The position numbers and the translations under genes were made by a program. This document shows positions 50,523 to 59,321 of a DNA stretch of 64,000 nt, piece after piece. Source of the DNA: Bacteriovoracaceae bacterium (lineage in GTDB: Bacteria; Bdellovibrionota; Bacteriovoracia; Bacteriovoracales; Bacteriovoracaceae); contig OZ244226.1 of NCBI GenBank assembly GCA_965217035.1, positions 974,146-1,038,145 of the forward strand, given 5' to 3'. The notes below the pieces were generated by a model, which was not told the origin of the DNA, did not search any database, and was given only the letters and a program-made list of their open reading frames with translations. Positions within the stretch are counted from its first letter, which is position 1. Every line of letters begins with the position of its first letter.

Positions 50523-51164
50523 GTGGTCAAAAAGAAAAAAACGACAAAAAAGAAAAAAGTGACGAAGAAGAAGGCTGTGAAGAAAAAAGCGACCAAGAAG
50601 AAGTCTTCTAAAAAAACAGCAAAGAAGAAAGCGGTTAAGAAAAAAGCTGTAAAAAAGAAAGCAGTCAAGAAAAAGGTTGCGAAGAAAAAAACAACGAAAA
50701 AGAAAGCGGTCAAAAAAAAGGCCATAAAAAAGAAAGTTGCGAAAAAAACAAAAAAGAAGGCAACCAAGAAAAAGGTTGCGAAGAAAAAAATAGAAAAAAA
50801 GAAAGTAACTAAAAAGAAAGCCGAAAAGAAAAAACCCGCTAAGAAAAAAGTCGAAGAAAAAGAAGAAAAACCAAAACTTGTCGTTTCGAAGGATATTTAC
50901 CCAAAGGGTGAACCCGAAGCAGCGAAGACAACGGATACCGAAGAGGAAGCTGAAGACTTCAATGAAGGATCTAAACAGTCTGAACCTCAAGTAGGTCTTT
51001 TATCCGACGAATACAATCCTGATGATGAACAAGATTCCGATGGAGATTTTGGATATGGTTGGGGCTATAATGACAACTTCGATTCACCAGAGGAAGTTGA
51101 TACCGAGAACTATTATGACGAAGACGCTGAGTATGCAAGCCAGCCTGTTAAGTCAAAAGACTGA
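50523..51164 (+). CDS. Histone H1-like Lys-rich repeat protein with acidic C-terminal tail (likely start GTG 50523)
   Basis: AGAGG RBS before GTG; about 20 KKKxx pentapeptides, then a D/E-rich tail. Confidence 0.85.
   Translation: MVKKKKTTKKKKVTKKKAVKKKATKKKSSKKTAKKKAVKKKAVKKKAVKKKVAKKKTTKKKAVKKKAIKKKVAKKTKKKATKKKVAKKKIEKKKVTKKKAEKKKPAKKKVEEKEEKPKLVVSKDIYPKGEPEAAKTTDTEEEAEDFNEGSKQSEPQVGLLSDEYNPDDEQDSDGDFGYGWGYNDNFDSPEEVDTENYYDEDAEYASQPVKSKD
50535..50855 (+). repeat. Degenerate 15-bp coding tandem repeats (KKKAV/KKKVA/KKKAT)
   Basis: e.g. AAGAAAAAAGCG.., AAGAAAAAGGTTGCG repeated. Confidence 0.85.
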
Positions 51165-51173
51165 GAAAATTAA

Positions 51174-51425
51174 ATGAAATTCCAATTAGCTTTATACTAT
51201 TTTGACCAATGCCCTTACTGCCAGATTGTTTTAAGAAAAATCAATGAACTTGGACTCAAACAAATTGAATTCCGAAACATTATGGAAAACTCAGAGCATG
51301 CAGAAAAATTAATGCAAGATACAGGAAAAAGAACCGTTCCTTGTCTTTATATTAATGATATACCGAAACATGAATCTACTGATATTGCTCAGTGGCTGGA
51401 AGATAATAAAGCAGATCTTCAATAA
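51174..51425 (+). CDS. Glutaredoxin
   Basis: CPYC, TVP, ES.DI. Confidence 0.93.
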   Translation: MKFQLALYYFDQCPYCQIVLRKINELGLKQIEFRNIMENSEHAEKLMQDTGKRTVPCLYINDIPKHESTDIAQWLEDNKADLQ

Positions 51426-52712
51426 ATGGAAATTAGAGATCCGATTCACGGCTCAATCAAAATTGAAAAAGATGAAAATCTTGTTATTGAGCATCCTTTT
51501 TTTCAAAGATTAAGAAATATAAAACAACTTGGTTTCTCAGATTATATTTTTCCTGGTGCCACTCACACACGTTATCTTCATTCGATAGGAGTCATGCAAA
51601 CTGCAACTCTTGTCTTCGACAAGCTTTTTAAAGGAAGACTTGAAAATAAAGAGATTCAAAGACTCCGAAGTACAGTTAAGTTAGCGGCACTCTTACATGA
51701 TATAGGGCATGCTCCTTTGAGCCATACAACAGAAGCTGTTATGCCAAAAGTTTCAGAATTAAAGCTTCCGAAACGATTTGCCTCTGAAGATTCAAACAGA
51801 CAAGCAACCCATGAAGATTATACGCTTAAAGCAATCGTAGATAGTTTTTTTACTGAAAGTTTTGAAAAGGTCCATAAAAGCCTTGGTGTTGATTATAATG
51901 CTGTCGCAGAGCTGATCCTTGGAAAAACTCAAAATGATGGTTATTTTATTTTTGAAGGAATAAATTACTTTCCTATTCTTCATCAAATGATCTCAAGTGA
52001 AATGGATTGTGATCGAATGGATTATCTCCTGAGGGATTCTTATTATTGTGGAGTCAGCTACGGAAATTATGACCTTGATTGGATTATCGATAATCTCCAT
52101 ATTGCGATTGAAAATGACTGCGCTTATCTTGGAATTTCAGAAAGGGCCCTAACAACTTTTGATGATTTTCTTCTCAGTCGATTCCATATGTTTATCATGG
52201 TTTATTTTCATTATCGGGCCGTTTGTCTTGAGAAAATGATGTATCGATATTTTGATCAATCAGATGGTGAATATATTATTCCTGCTGAAATTGATAAGTA
52301 TCTTGAACATGATGACCATCATCTTCTAAAGATTCTTCGAGCAAGTAATAATATTTGGGCCCAAAGGATTGTAAAAAATCGAATTCCTCCCAAAATTTTT
52401 GAGGCTTTTGGAGATACTGATCTCCCAAAGCAAGAAAAGCTTCTCAATTTTTTAAAAGAACAAAAAATTGATTATATTCTCTGTGAATCTAAAGGAAGAC
52501 TCTCTAAATACTACACAAGTAACGAAGCAATTAGTGGTGACTTCGAAATGAAGGTGGTCAAGCAATATGGAAAAGGTCATATAAATATTAGCGAAGCAAC
52601 TGACCTCTTTAGTAAATATTCAAGTGCTCATGCTGTCTCTCGAGTGCATTGTTTTCTTGACAATTATGATCAAACTCTTTCTCAAAAGATTCATGCTATA
52701 ATTGGACAATGA
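51426..52712 (+). CDS. HD-domain phosphohydrolase (SAMHD1/EF1143-like dNTPase family)
   Basis: IRDPIHG, FQRLRNIKQLG, ATHTRYLHSIG, ALLHDIGH.PLSH, HE, DCDRMDYLLRD. Confidence 0.92.
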   Translation: MEIRDPIHGSIKIEKDENLVIEHPFFQRLRNIKQLGFSDYIFPGATHTRYLHSIGVMQTATLVFDKLFKGRLENKEIQRLRSTVKLAALLHDIGHAPLSHTTEAVMPKVSELKLPKRFASEDSNRQATHEDYTLKAIVDSFFTESFEKVHKSLGVDYNAVAELILGKTQNDGYFIFEGINYFPILHQMISSEMDCDRMDYLLRDSYYCGVSYGNYDLDWIIDNLHIAIENDCAYLGISERALTTFDDFLLSRFHMFIMVYFHYRAVCLEKMMYRYFDQSDGEYIIPAEIDKYLEHDDHHLLKILRASNNIWAQRIVKNRIPPKIFEAFGDTDLPKQEKLLNFLKEQKIDYILCESKGRLSKYYTSNEAISGDFEMKVVKQYGKGHINISEATDLFSKYSSAHAVSRVHCFLDNYDQTLSQKIHAIIGQ

Positions 52713-53374
52713 ATAAAACGATATTTTATTCAATATTAATAGTGTGTTACCTCGCACTATCGAAAACTTTTAGTCCTGATAACTCAGGAGTTGAATACGT
52801 ACGGAGATCTAAAGATCTTGAAAAAATTATTCAAAGAACTCCAGCTGAAGCTATTCTCATTCAAACTCAATCAAAAGGTTTTTTAATTAAAACTTATTAC
52901 CAAAGATATAAAATTATTTATGGTTTTCACCCTCCAAGAGAATTTGTCGTCAGGACTAAACGCTCTTTTGCCGATTACAGTAAAAAGTTTATTGGGATGT
53001 CACTTTTTAGAAAAAGACTCGGAGGGTCTATTGAAACAACTCCAATGCCTCCTGGCTCACTTTTTATTGGAAATAGACAGTTTGGTCGATGGATTTTCAA
53101 AGATGGAGATTATACCTGGGCGTTCTATCGAGCTTATCAAAGTTTTCCTCGTCTCTTCGGTTGGCAAGAATTTAACCCAACAAGAACCTTTTTTACGAAA
53201 CTGCTTGATTACGAAAAAAAAGGAGTTCCTTTCCATGGTGAAAGCAATGATTTTGGCAAAGATGGAAAGATCACTCAAAAGTTTATAAAGGCAGCCTCTA
53301 ATCGAGATGGGCTAAATGCAATGCGACTGAAGACTTTATTTAATGAATATTTAAAAATAAACTATAATTACTAA
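52709..53374 (+). CDS. Hypothetical exported/membrane-anchored protein
   Basis: N-terminal hydrophobic segment; PPGSLFIGNRQFGRW..WAFYRAY; ATGA overlap with the HD gene. Confidence 0.8.
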   Translation: MNKTIFYSILIVCYLALSKTFSPDNSGVEYVRRSKDLEKIIQRTPAEAILIQTQSKGFLIKTYYQRYKIIYGFHPPREFVVRTKRSFADYSKKFIGMSLFRKRLGGSIETTPMPPGSLFIGNRQFGRWIFKDGDYTWAFYRAYQSFPRLFGWQEFNPTRTFFTKLLDYEKKGVPFHGESNDFGKDGKITQKFIKAASNRDGLNAMRLKTLFNEYLKINYNY

Positions 53375-53377
53375 TTT

Positions 53378-54280
53378 ATGGAAGAAATACTCGATCGATT
53401 TATCTTAAGAATTTTATTTGTGGCATTCACATGCCTCCTTTTGTTTTTTTATCGATATGCCCATTATATTTTTTATCCAACGGGAAAGAGACAACTCAAG
53501 AAAATATTTGATCCCCTTACAAATCCTTCAAATACTCTCCATTACCTTTCAAGAGTTCTAGGAATAACTTTAATCTTTTCTGGACTAGAGTTTAATTACT
53601 TCTACTCACTCCCAGTCGGTATCTTAAATATGCTCATTATGGCGACTGTTACTATCGCGCTCTACTTAAGTTCAATTTATCTAACAGAGAGTATTATTCT
53701 CTATAAATTTGATTATTCTGATGAAATTTTGAAACGCGAAAACTTTAGTTATAGCGTTATTAATCTCGCAATGAATATTTCACTTGCCCTTCTTATTAAG
53801 CAAATTGTCTCTGAAGCAGAAAACTCGCTCGTTATTCTTTCCTTGCTCTGGCTTTATGCAATGGTTATCTTTGGATTTACAACAAAACTCTTTCCTTTTT
53901 ATTCAATATTTAACTTTAATCAACAACTTATTCAAAAAAATATGGGACTTGCTCTTTCTTATGCAGGTTTTCTTATTGGGAATACCTTGATCTTAATTCT
54001 CGCTTTTGATCAAGACCATTACGATATACGCTCCTATTCCATTCGAATTCTTTTAAAGATACTGCTTAGCTCTATCCTCATACCCGTTTTTGTCAAAGTT
54101 CTTTATAAGATTTTTTCAATCAAACAGAAGAAGGTCTACAAAAGAGAAGGACACAAAATAAGTCATGAAAACTCTGTTGGAATGGGACTTGTTGAAGGGG
54201 TGCTCTATTTGTCGGCGGCCGTACTAACTTCAATGATCGTTTACAAGATCAACCTTAGTACAATTATTCCATTTAATTAA
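53378..54280 (+). CDS. DUF350-like polytopic membrane protein
   Basis: Repeated 'EILKRENFSYSV', 'QQLIQKNMGLAL..AG', 'ENSVGMGLVEG' units between TM pairs. Confidence 0.7.
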   Translation: MEEILDRFILRILFVAFTCLLLFFYRYAHYIFYPTGKRQLKKIFDPLTNPSNTLHYLSRVLGITLIFSGLEFNYFYSLPVGILNMLIMATVTIALYLSSIYLTESIILYKFDYSDEILKRENFSYSVINLAMNISLALLIKQIVSEAENSLVILSLLWLYAMVIFGFTTKLFPFYSIFNFNQQLIQKNMGLALSYAGFLIGNTLILILAFDQDHYDIRSYSIRILLKILLSSILIPVFVKVLYKIFSIKQKKVYKREGHKISHENSVGMGLVEGVLYLSAAVLTSMIVYKINLSTIIPFN

Positions 54281-54752
54281 TTCTTTTATAAAGTTCGTTG
54301 AGTGACTTCTTAACTTTGAGGAGTTCGATTTCTCCGATTTTTTTTCTATAATCTTCATCAACTTTCGAAGTGGCACCCTTCAAAGTCATTCGAAATTTCT
54401 CTCCAAGCTCTGTGAAATAAATATTTTGCTCTCTCTTGTCTCTCACACCTTTTACTTTTTTTAAATAACCACGCTTAACAAGTTCATTCACATGGCTTGT
54501 CATCGTTTGTTTCTTTAATCGACAAGCCTCTCCAACTTCTTTTAAAGTTGGACCTTCCGAATGTGAAACATAAATAAGAATTTCAAGAAAACTAGGTCTA
54601 AGATCACTAAACCCCTTATCTTGTAGATAACTTAAAACCTCTTGCGAATAACATCGATAGATCTTTTTGAGCAATGAACCTATTTCAGAGACAGTATCCA
54701 TACCTTCCTTAGTATTGAAGAGGCTAGTATTATAATAATACTTTTTTAACAT
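54273..54752 (-). CDS. MarR family transcriptional regulator
   Basis: KQTMTSHVNELVKRGYL..DKRE..FTELG. Confidence 0.9.
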   Translation of the reverse strand: MLKKYYYNTSLFNTKEGMDTVSEIGSLLKKIYRCYSQEVLSYLQDKGFSDLRPSFLEILIYVSHSEGPTLKEVGEACRLKKQTMTSHVNELVKRGYLKKVKGVRDKREQNIYFTELGEKFRMTLKGATSKVDEDYRKKIGEIELLKVKKSLNELYKRIN

Positions 54753-54776
54753 GACTCATTGAGGAAGACAAGTTCT

Positions 54777-55877
54777 TTAAAAGATTGAACGAAAATTGCT
54801 AATTGATGTTGCTAAACCCATGGCAATACCAAAAGTCAGAAGACTCGATCCTCCATAACTCATAAGCGGCAGAGGTAAGCCTACAATAGGAAGAATTCCT
54901 GAAACCATCCCAATATTGATGAATGTATGCCAGAAAAAGAGTGCCATCAGACCAATGCAAAAAATAGACTCATACATCGATTTCACAGAGCGGGCTAGCC
55001 AGGCAAACCGCAATAGAATAATAGTATAAAGTGATAGCAATAACGAAGCTCCAAACAATCCATGTTCCTCACTGAAAATTGAAAAAACAAAGTCCGTATG
55101 GTTTTCAGGAAGAAAATTCAACGAGGCCTGAGAGGATTTTTTATAACCCTTTCCAAAAAGTCTTCCTGAACCAATTGCAATCTCAGACTGGATCGCATTA
55201 TAGCCAGATCCTTTTGCATCCTGATAAGGATTGATAAAGGTTTGAATACGTTTTCGCTGGTAATCCTTAAGCGCAAACTTGTACATGAACCAACCTGAAA
55301 CAAGTCCAATAAGAGCAATTTTTAAAATCGAACTCCACTGAAGCTTTCTATAGTAAACAACTACTGCAAAAATAAGAATCAGAATACCACCAGTCCCCAA
55401 GTCCGGTTGGGCCATGATCAAAACAGCAGGAAAGATTGTTAAAATAGTTGGAAGGATGATACTTTTTATTTTTGTCTCTTCAAAAGATGAATTCTTGGCA
55501 AACCAACGAGCAAGAGCAAAAATTAATGCTATTTTCATGAATTCAGAGGGTTGAATTCTCAATGGACCTATTGCCAACCATCTCTGAGCTCCCATCCCTA
55601 CTTTTCCTAAAATAAGAACGGCAAGCAAAGCAACAAGATTAAAAAAATAAATATGATAAGAATATCTGAAAAGTGTTTTTGGATGGATGAAGCTAATAAT
55701 GAATCCAACAAAGAGCGAAAGAAAAAACCAATAAATTTGTGTTTGAAATAGATTTTGAGTCGAATGATTGAAAGTTGCAGAATAAAGGTTCAGTACTCCA
55801 AAAAAGAATATCGCCGACATCCCAAGAAAAAAGCTTATATCATATTTCTTTAAAATTTCTGAAGAGAAATTTTTCAT
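54777..55877 (-). CDS. rodA: Rod shape-determining SEDS protein RodA
   Basis: GAQRWL..IQPSEFMK, QPDLGT, FLPENHTDF, PLMSYGGSS. Confidence 0.97.
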   Translation of the reverse strand: MKNFSSEILKKYDISFFLGMSAIFFFGVLNLYSATFNHSTQNLFQTQIYWFFLSLFVGFIISFIHPKTLFRYSYHIYFFNLVALLAVLILGKVGMGAQRWLAIGPLRIQPSEFMKIALIFALARWFAKNSSFEETKIKSIILPTILTIFPAVLIMAQPDLGTGGILILIFAVVVYYRKLQWSSILKIALIGLVSGWFMYKFALKDYQRKRIQTFINPYQDAKGSGYNAIQSEIAIGSGRLFGKGYKKSSQASLNFLPENHTDFVFSIFSEEHGLFGASLLLSLYTIILLRFAWLARSVKSMYESIFCIGLMALFFWHTFINIGMVSGILPIVGLPLPLMSYGGSSLLTFGIAMGLATSISNFRSIF

Positions 55878-57778
55878 AATAAGTTCCTTTCTTCTTTTTG
55901 CTTGTTCTTCTCATACTCTTCAGGATAATACTTTTTCATAAACTTAGTCGCTATTTTTTGGACAACCGGAGCAGCTGCGGTCGAACCATGACAACCATGT
56001 TCAACGACAGCAGCAATTGCAATTTTCGGATCATTAACAGGAGCAAAGCCTGCGAACACCCCATGATGCCGATATTCATAGGGCATCTCTTCACATTTTT
56101 GATAAACATCCTTAGCCTTCGCCCGAATAACTTGAGAAGTTCCAGTCTTACCTGCTAATAGAGTTCCATAATCTCTTAAGTAATAGCCTGTTCCTCCTTT
56201 TTTATTCACAACTTCATAAAGTCCCTTTTTTATTTTTAAGACGATTTCTTTTGGAAGATTAAGCTCGGATATAACTTCAGGAGTGAAGTTTTTAATTGTT
56301 TGATTCTGTTCATTAAAAATTTCCTTTACTAAGAAGGGCTTATAAACCTTCCCACCATTTGAAAGAGCTGAATATGCAATCGCTAATTGAAGTGGAGTTG
56401 TTAAAATATATGATTGTCCAATGGCACAAGAGAGAGTTTCACCTTTTTGCCATTCTTCTCCCCTAGACTTTCTCTTCCATTCCTTGGTTGGAATCAAACC
56501 AGATGTTTCTCGAGGTAATGAAATACCTGTTTTCTTTCCCAAACCAAGTAAAGATGAATAATGAGCTAATTGATCAATTTCTAAACTAAGAGCAACTTTT
56601 TGAAAATATACGTTACATGACTCTCTAATCGCTTTAGTTAAATTAACAACACCATGTCCTCCACGTTTCCAGCAGTGATAATTCCTTCGACCAAACTTTA
56701 AAGAACCATTACAAGAAACTTCCGTCGATCCAGTAATCACTCCTTCTGCAAGAGCAGCTATCGCAGTAATTACTTTGAAAGTAGAGCCAGGTGAATAATG
56801 CTCTTGAATAACTTTATCTCTCAAAGGACGATCAATATTACTGATTAAGCTTTTCCAGTAATTTGGATCAATCCCTCGATTAAATTCAGAAGGGCGAAAA
56901 GAAGGGGTTGAAACATAAGTCAGAATTTCTCCTGTTTTGACATCAATTGCAACGACGCCTCCCGATTTTCCTTCTAAAGAATCAAAAGCAACCTTTTGAA
57001 GATCTCTGTCTATCGTCAGTACCATACTATTTCCAGGCTTAGAAGAAATGTCTTCAATGCCTTGGAATAAATTATCTGTATTAATGTACTTTCTCTTTCT
57101 TCCTAGAGCATCAACTTCAACATACTCAAGACCATTAACTCCACGAAGTATTGAGTCATATTGCTGTTCGACGCCACTTTGGCCAATGAAATCTCCTAAG
57201 CGATAATCAACATTATCTCTCTTTCGGTATTTCGGAAGTTGAGTATTATTGATTTCAGAAATATAACCCAGAAGATGAGCTCCGATTTCTGTATCAATAT
57301 AATTTCTGGCAATAGAAATTTGAACATTCACACCAGGTAACTCATCAGAAAGAGTTTCAACCATTGCAAGATCTTGAAAAAGAACATCTTTCTTAACAAT
57401 GATCGGCTTATATTTTGGCTCGGTCGAATACTTATCTAAGGTAGCCTTGATTTTTTTGTAAGGAAGATTAATTATTTCTGATAAACGCTTAAGTGTTTCT
57501 TTTTTATTTTGTAGATATTGTCTAGTGACAACGATGTCAAACCTTGGGTTATTATCAACAATCAACTGTTTATTCCTTGAATAAATTTTTCCGCGAGGAG
57601 CCCAAATAACCTCTTCTCTTAATCTATTCTTAACTGAATACTCATGGAGAATTTCTCCTTTAAAGACCTGTAAATAGCAAAGCCTCGAAAAGAGAATAGC
57701 CATCATTCCTACTATTAATAAGGAAATTTGCCTTCCGCGATTAGAATGGGACTTTACAACTTCTTCTTCTGCAAACAC
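55874..57778 (-). CDS. mrdA: Penicillin-binding protein 2
   Basis: PRGKI, PGSTFK (SxxK), SCN, KTGT. Confidence 0.97.
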   Translation of the reverse strand: MFAEEEVVKSHSNRGRQISLLIVGMMAILFSRLCYLQVFKGEILHEYSVKNRLREEVIWAPRGKIYSRNKQLIVDNNPRFDIVVTRQYLQNKKETLKRLSEIINLPYKKIKATLDKYSTEPKYKPIIVKKDVLFQDLAMVETLSDELPGVNVQISIARNYIDTEIGAHLLGYISEINNTQLPKYRKRDNVDYRLGDFIGQSGVEQQYDSILRGVNGLEYVEVDALGRKRKYINTDNLFQGIEDISSKPGNSMVLTIDRDLQKVAFDSLEGKSGGVVAIDVKTGEILTYVSTPSFRPSEFNRGIDPNYWKSLISNIDRPLRDKVIQEHYSPGSTFKVITAIAALAEGVITGSTEVSCNGSLKFGRRNYHCWKRGGHGVVNLTKAIRESCNVYFQKVALSLEIDQLAHYSSLLGLGKKTGISLPRETSGLIPTKEWKRKSRGEEWQKGETLSCAIGQSYILTTPLQLAIAYSALSNGGKVYKPFLVKEIFNEQNQTIKNFTPEVISELNLPKEIVLKIKKGLYEVVNKKGGTGYYLRDYGTLLAGKTGTSQVIRAKAKDVYQKCEEMPYEYRHHGVFAGFAPVNDPKIAIAAVVEHGCHGSTAAAPVVQKIATKFMKKYYPEEYEKNKQKEERNLL

Positions 57779-57779
57779 T

Positions 57780-58301
57780 TTAAGTCTCTATCGATTTATA
57801 AACCTTCCAGATGCCAGTCAGAGGTAAAAGCAAGAAAGGGGTAATTAAAGCAAGTATTAAATTGGCAATTAAGTCATCAGTTATTAAAACAAGGAACCCA
57901 TCAAAAGCATTAGACTTGAGACTAATGATGATAACTCTTAGAAGATCCCAAAAGAAAAGACCGACAAAATAGAAAAAAACTTTACTAAAATAGGTACTTA
58001 ACTGAATCAAGTCCTTAATAACCGAAAGAATTACCATTAAAACGAGAGCTATTAAACAATTTATCGCCCAACCTTCGACGCTAAATATAGAGTGAACCCA
58101 ACATAGGATTAAGAGTGTATATGGCTGTAAAGAAGATGGGATTTCAAGTGCCATATAGATGCAAACAACACCTAAAAAGAAAAAGCGATAATGATAAGAA
58201 AAAAGAGAAGGAAGTACTGTCGCACCAATGATCTCTAAAAGAAGGAGTAATAGAACAGTCAAAAAAAAGCGGAAACTAAAATCACTGAGGGTATATCTCA
58301 T
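57780..58301 (-). CDS. mreD: MreD-like membrane protein (likely start ATG 58301)
   Basis: About 5 TMs; between mreC and mrdA. Confidence 0.7.
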   Translation of the reverse strand: MRYTLSDFSFRFFLTVLLLLLLEIIGATVLPSLFSYHYRFFFLGVVCIYMALEIPSSLQPYTLLILCWVHSIFSVEGWAINCLIALVLMVILSVIKDLIQLSTYFSKVFFYFVGLFFWDLLRVIIISLKSNAFDGFLVLITDDLIANLILALITPFLLLPLTGIWKVYKSIET

Positions 58302-59148
58302 TTTGACCTTCTTTAAATTCCATTTCATGAGTAAGAACAATCACCTCTTCTACCTTACTAAAATTGACAGAAGGATTGACTTCAATCTTCTGAGTAAGTT
58401 CATACTCATTACTAATAACTTTTGTTACAGTTCCAACTTTAATTCCCTTTGGATAAAGAGCACCAAAACCTGAGGTAACAAGGATATCGTCAACTTCAAT
58501 CGCTTCTGAATTTGTAATATACTTCAACCGACAAAGTCTCTGTCCCACCCCTTCGAGAATTCCATAAGTCCGACTACTCTCAACAAGAACATCGACTTTG
58601 CTATTAAAATCTAAAATCGTTGTTATGTCTGAATAATTCGAGCTTGCATTTGTTACAATACCAATAAGTCCTTGAGAGTTAATAACAGCTGCATTTTTCT
58701 TGATTCCATCTGAGCTTCCCTTATTAATTCTTAACGAGTAAACCTCACCAGAGCTATCCCAGCCAATAACCTGAGCAAGAACTTTTTCATACTTAATTTC
58801 TTCTCCAAACTTCATGAGTTTTTTCAATCTCTCGTTTTCTGCTTCAACGGTTTTCATCTCAAACAATCTTTGCTCAAGATCGAGAATTTTCTGATTCAGT
58901 ACCTCGTTTTCCTTCCGACTATTAACAATATAGAGATAATTATTAAAAATTTTCTGAAAAATATTCTGGCTTGTTACAATTCCCTCCTGAATTGGCGCAA
59001 GCGACTCCAGGATCAGACGTTCAAACAGAGTTTTAGAATTCATCGAATATTGGAGATTAAAGCTAATCACACCCCAAAGACTGAAGGCAAAAACCAAACT
59101 AAAATGCAAAATTCGTTGTTTCCCAACTTCCCCTTCGGGCAATTTCAT
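58282..59148 (-). CDS. mreC: Rod shape-determining protein MreC (likely start ATG 59148)
   Basis: TM, coiled coil ENERLKKL, INKGSSDGI, LVTSG.G..YPKGIKVG. Confidence 0.95.
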   Translation of the reverse strand: MKLPEGEVGKQRILHFSLVFAFSLWGVISFNLQYSMNSKTLFERLILESLAPIQEGIVTSQNIFQKIFNNYLYIVNSRKENEVLNQKILDLEQRLFEMKTVEAENERLKKLMKFGEEIKYEKVLAQVIGWDSSGEVYSLRINKGSSDGIKKNAAVINSQGLIGIVTNASSNYSDITTILDFNSKVDVLVESSRTYGILEGVGQRLCRLKYITNSEAIEVDDILVTSGFGALYPKGIKVGTVTKVISNEYELTQKIEVNPSVNFSKVEEVIVLTHEMEFKEGQNEIYPQ

Positions 59149-59321
59149 AAAAAACCTTCGTGGCACGACGCGCAAGTGATTAGAGAGTCATACAAATTAT
59201 CCCGAATCACCTTGATTTTGACAATTAGAGTTAGCCAGATAACGAAGGGAATTCTTTACGTGCAAGGCCTTCTTAAGCTAAAATTACTCCACTTTAAACC
59301 CTTTCATAAAGGTCATTACCA

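Noticed and set aside
50535..50855. Periodic repeats considered as a CRISPR array or non-coding satellite
   Set aside because: Degenerate at third codon positions, no spacers; they encode KKKxx
50436..50990. Phe-rich minus-strand ORFs (184 aa and 93 aa) that look like membrane proteins
   Set aside because: Antisense shadows of the AAA/AAG Lys repeats
59160..59176. TGGCACG (-24-like) between mreC and ppiD
   Set aside because: No GC at the -12 position
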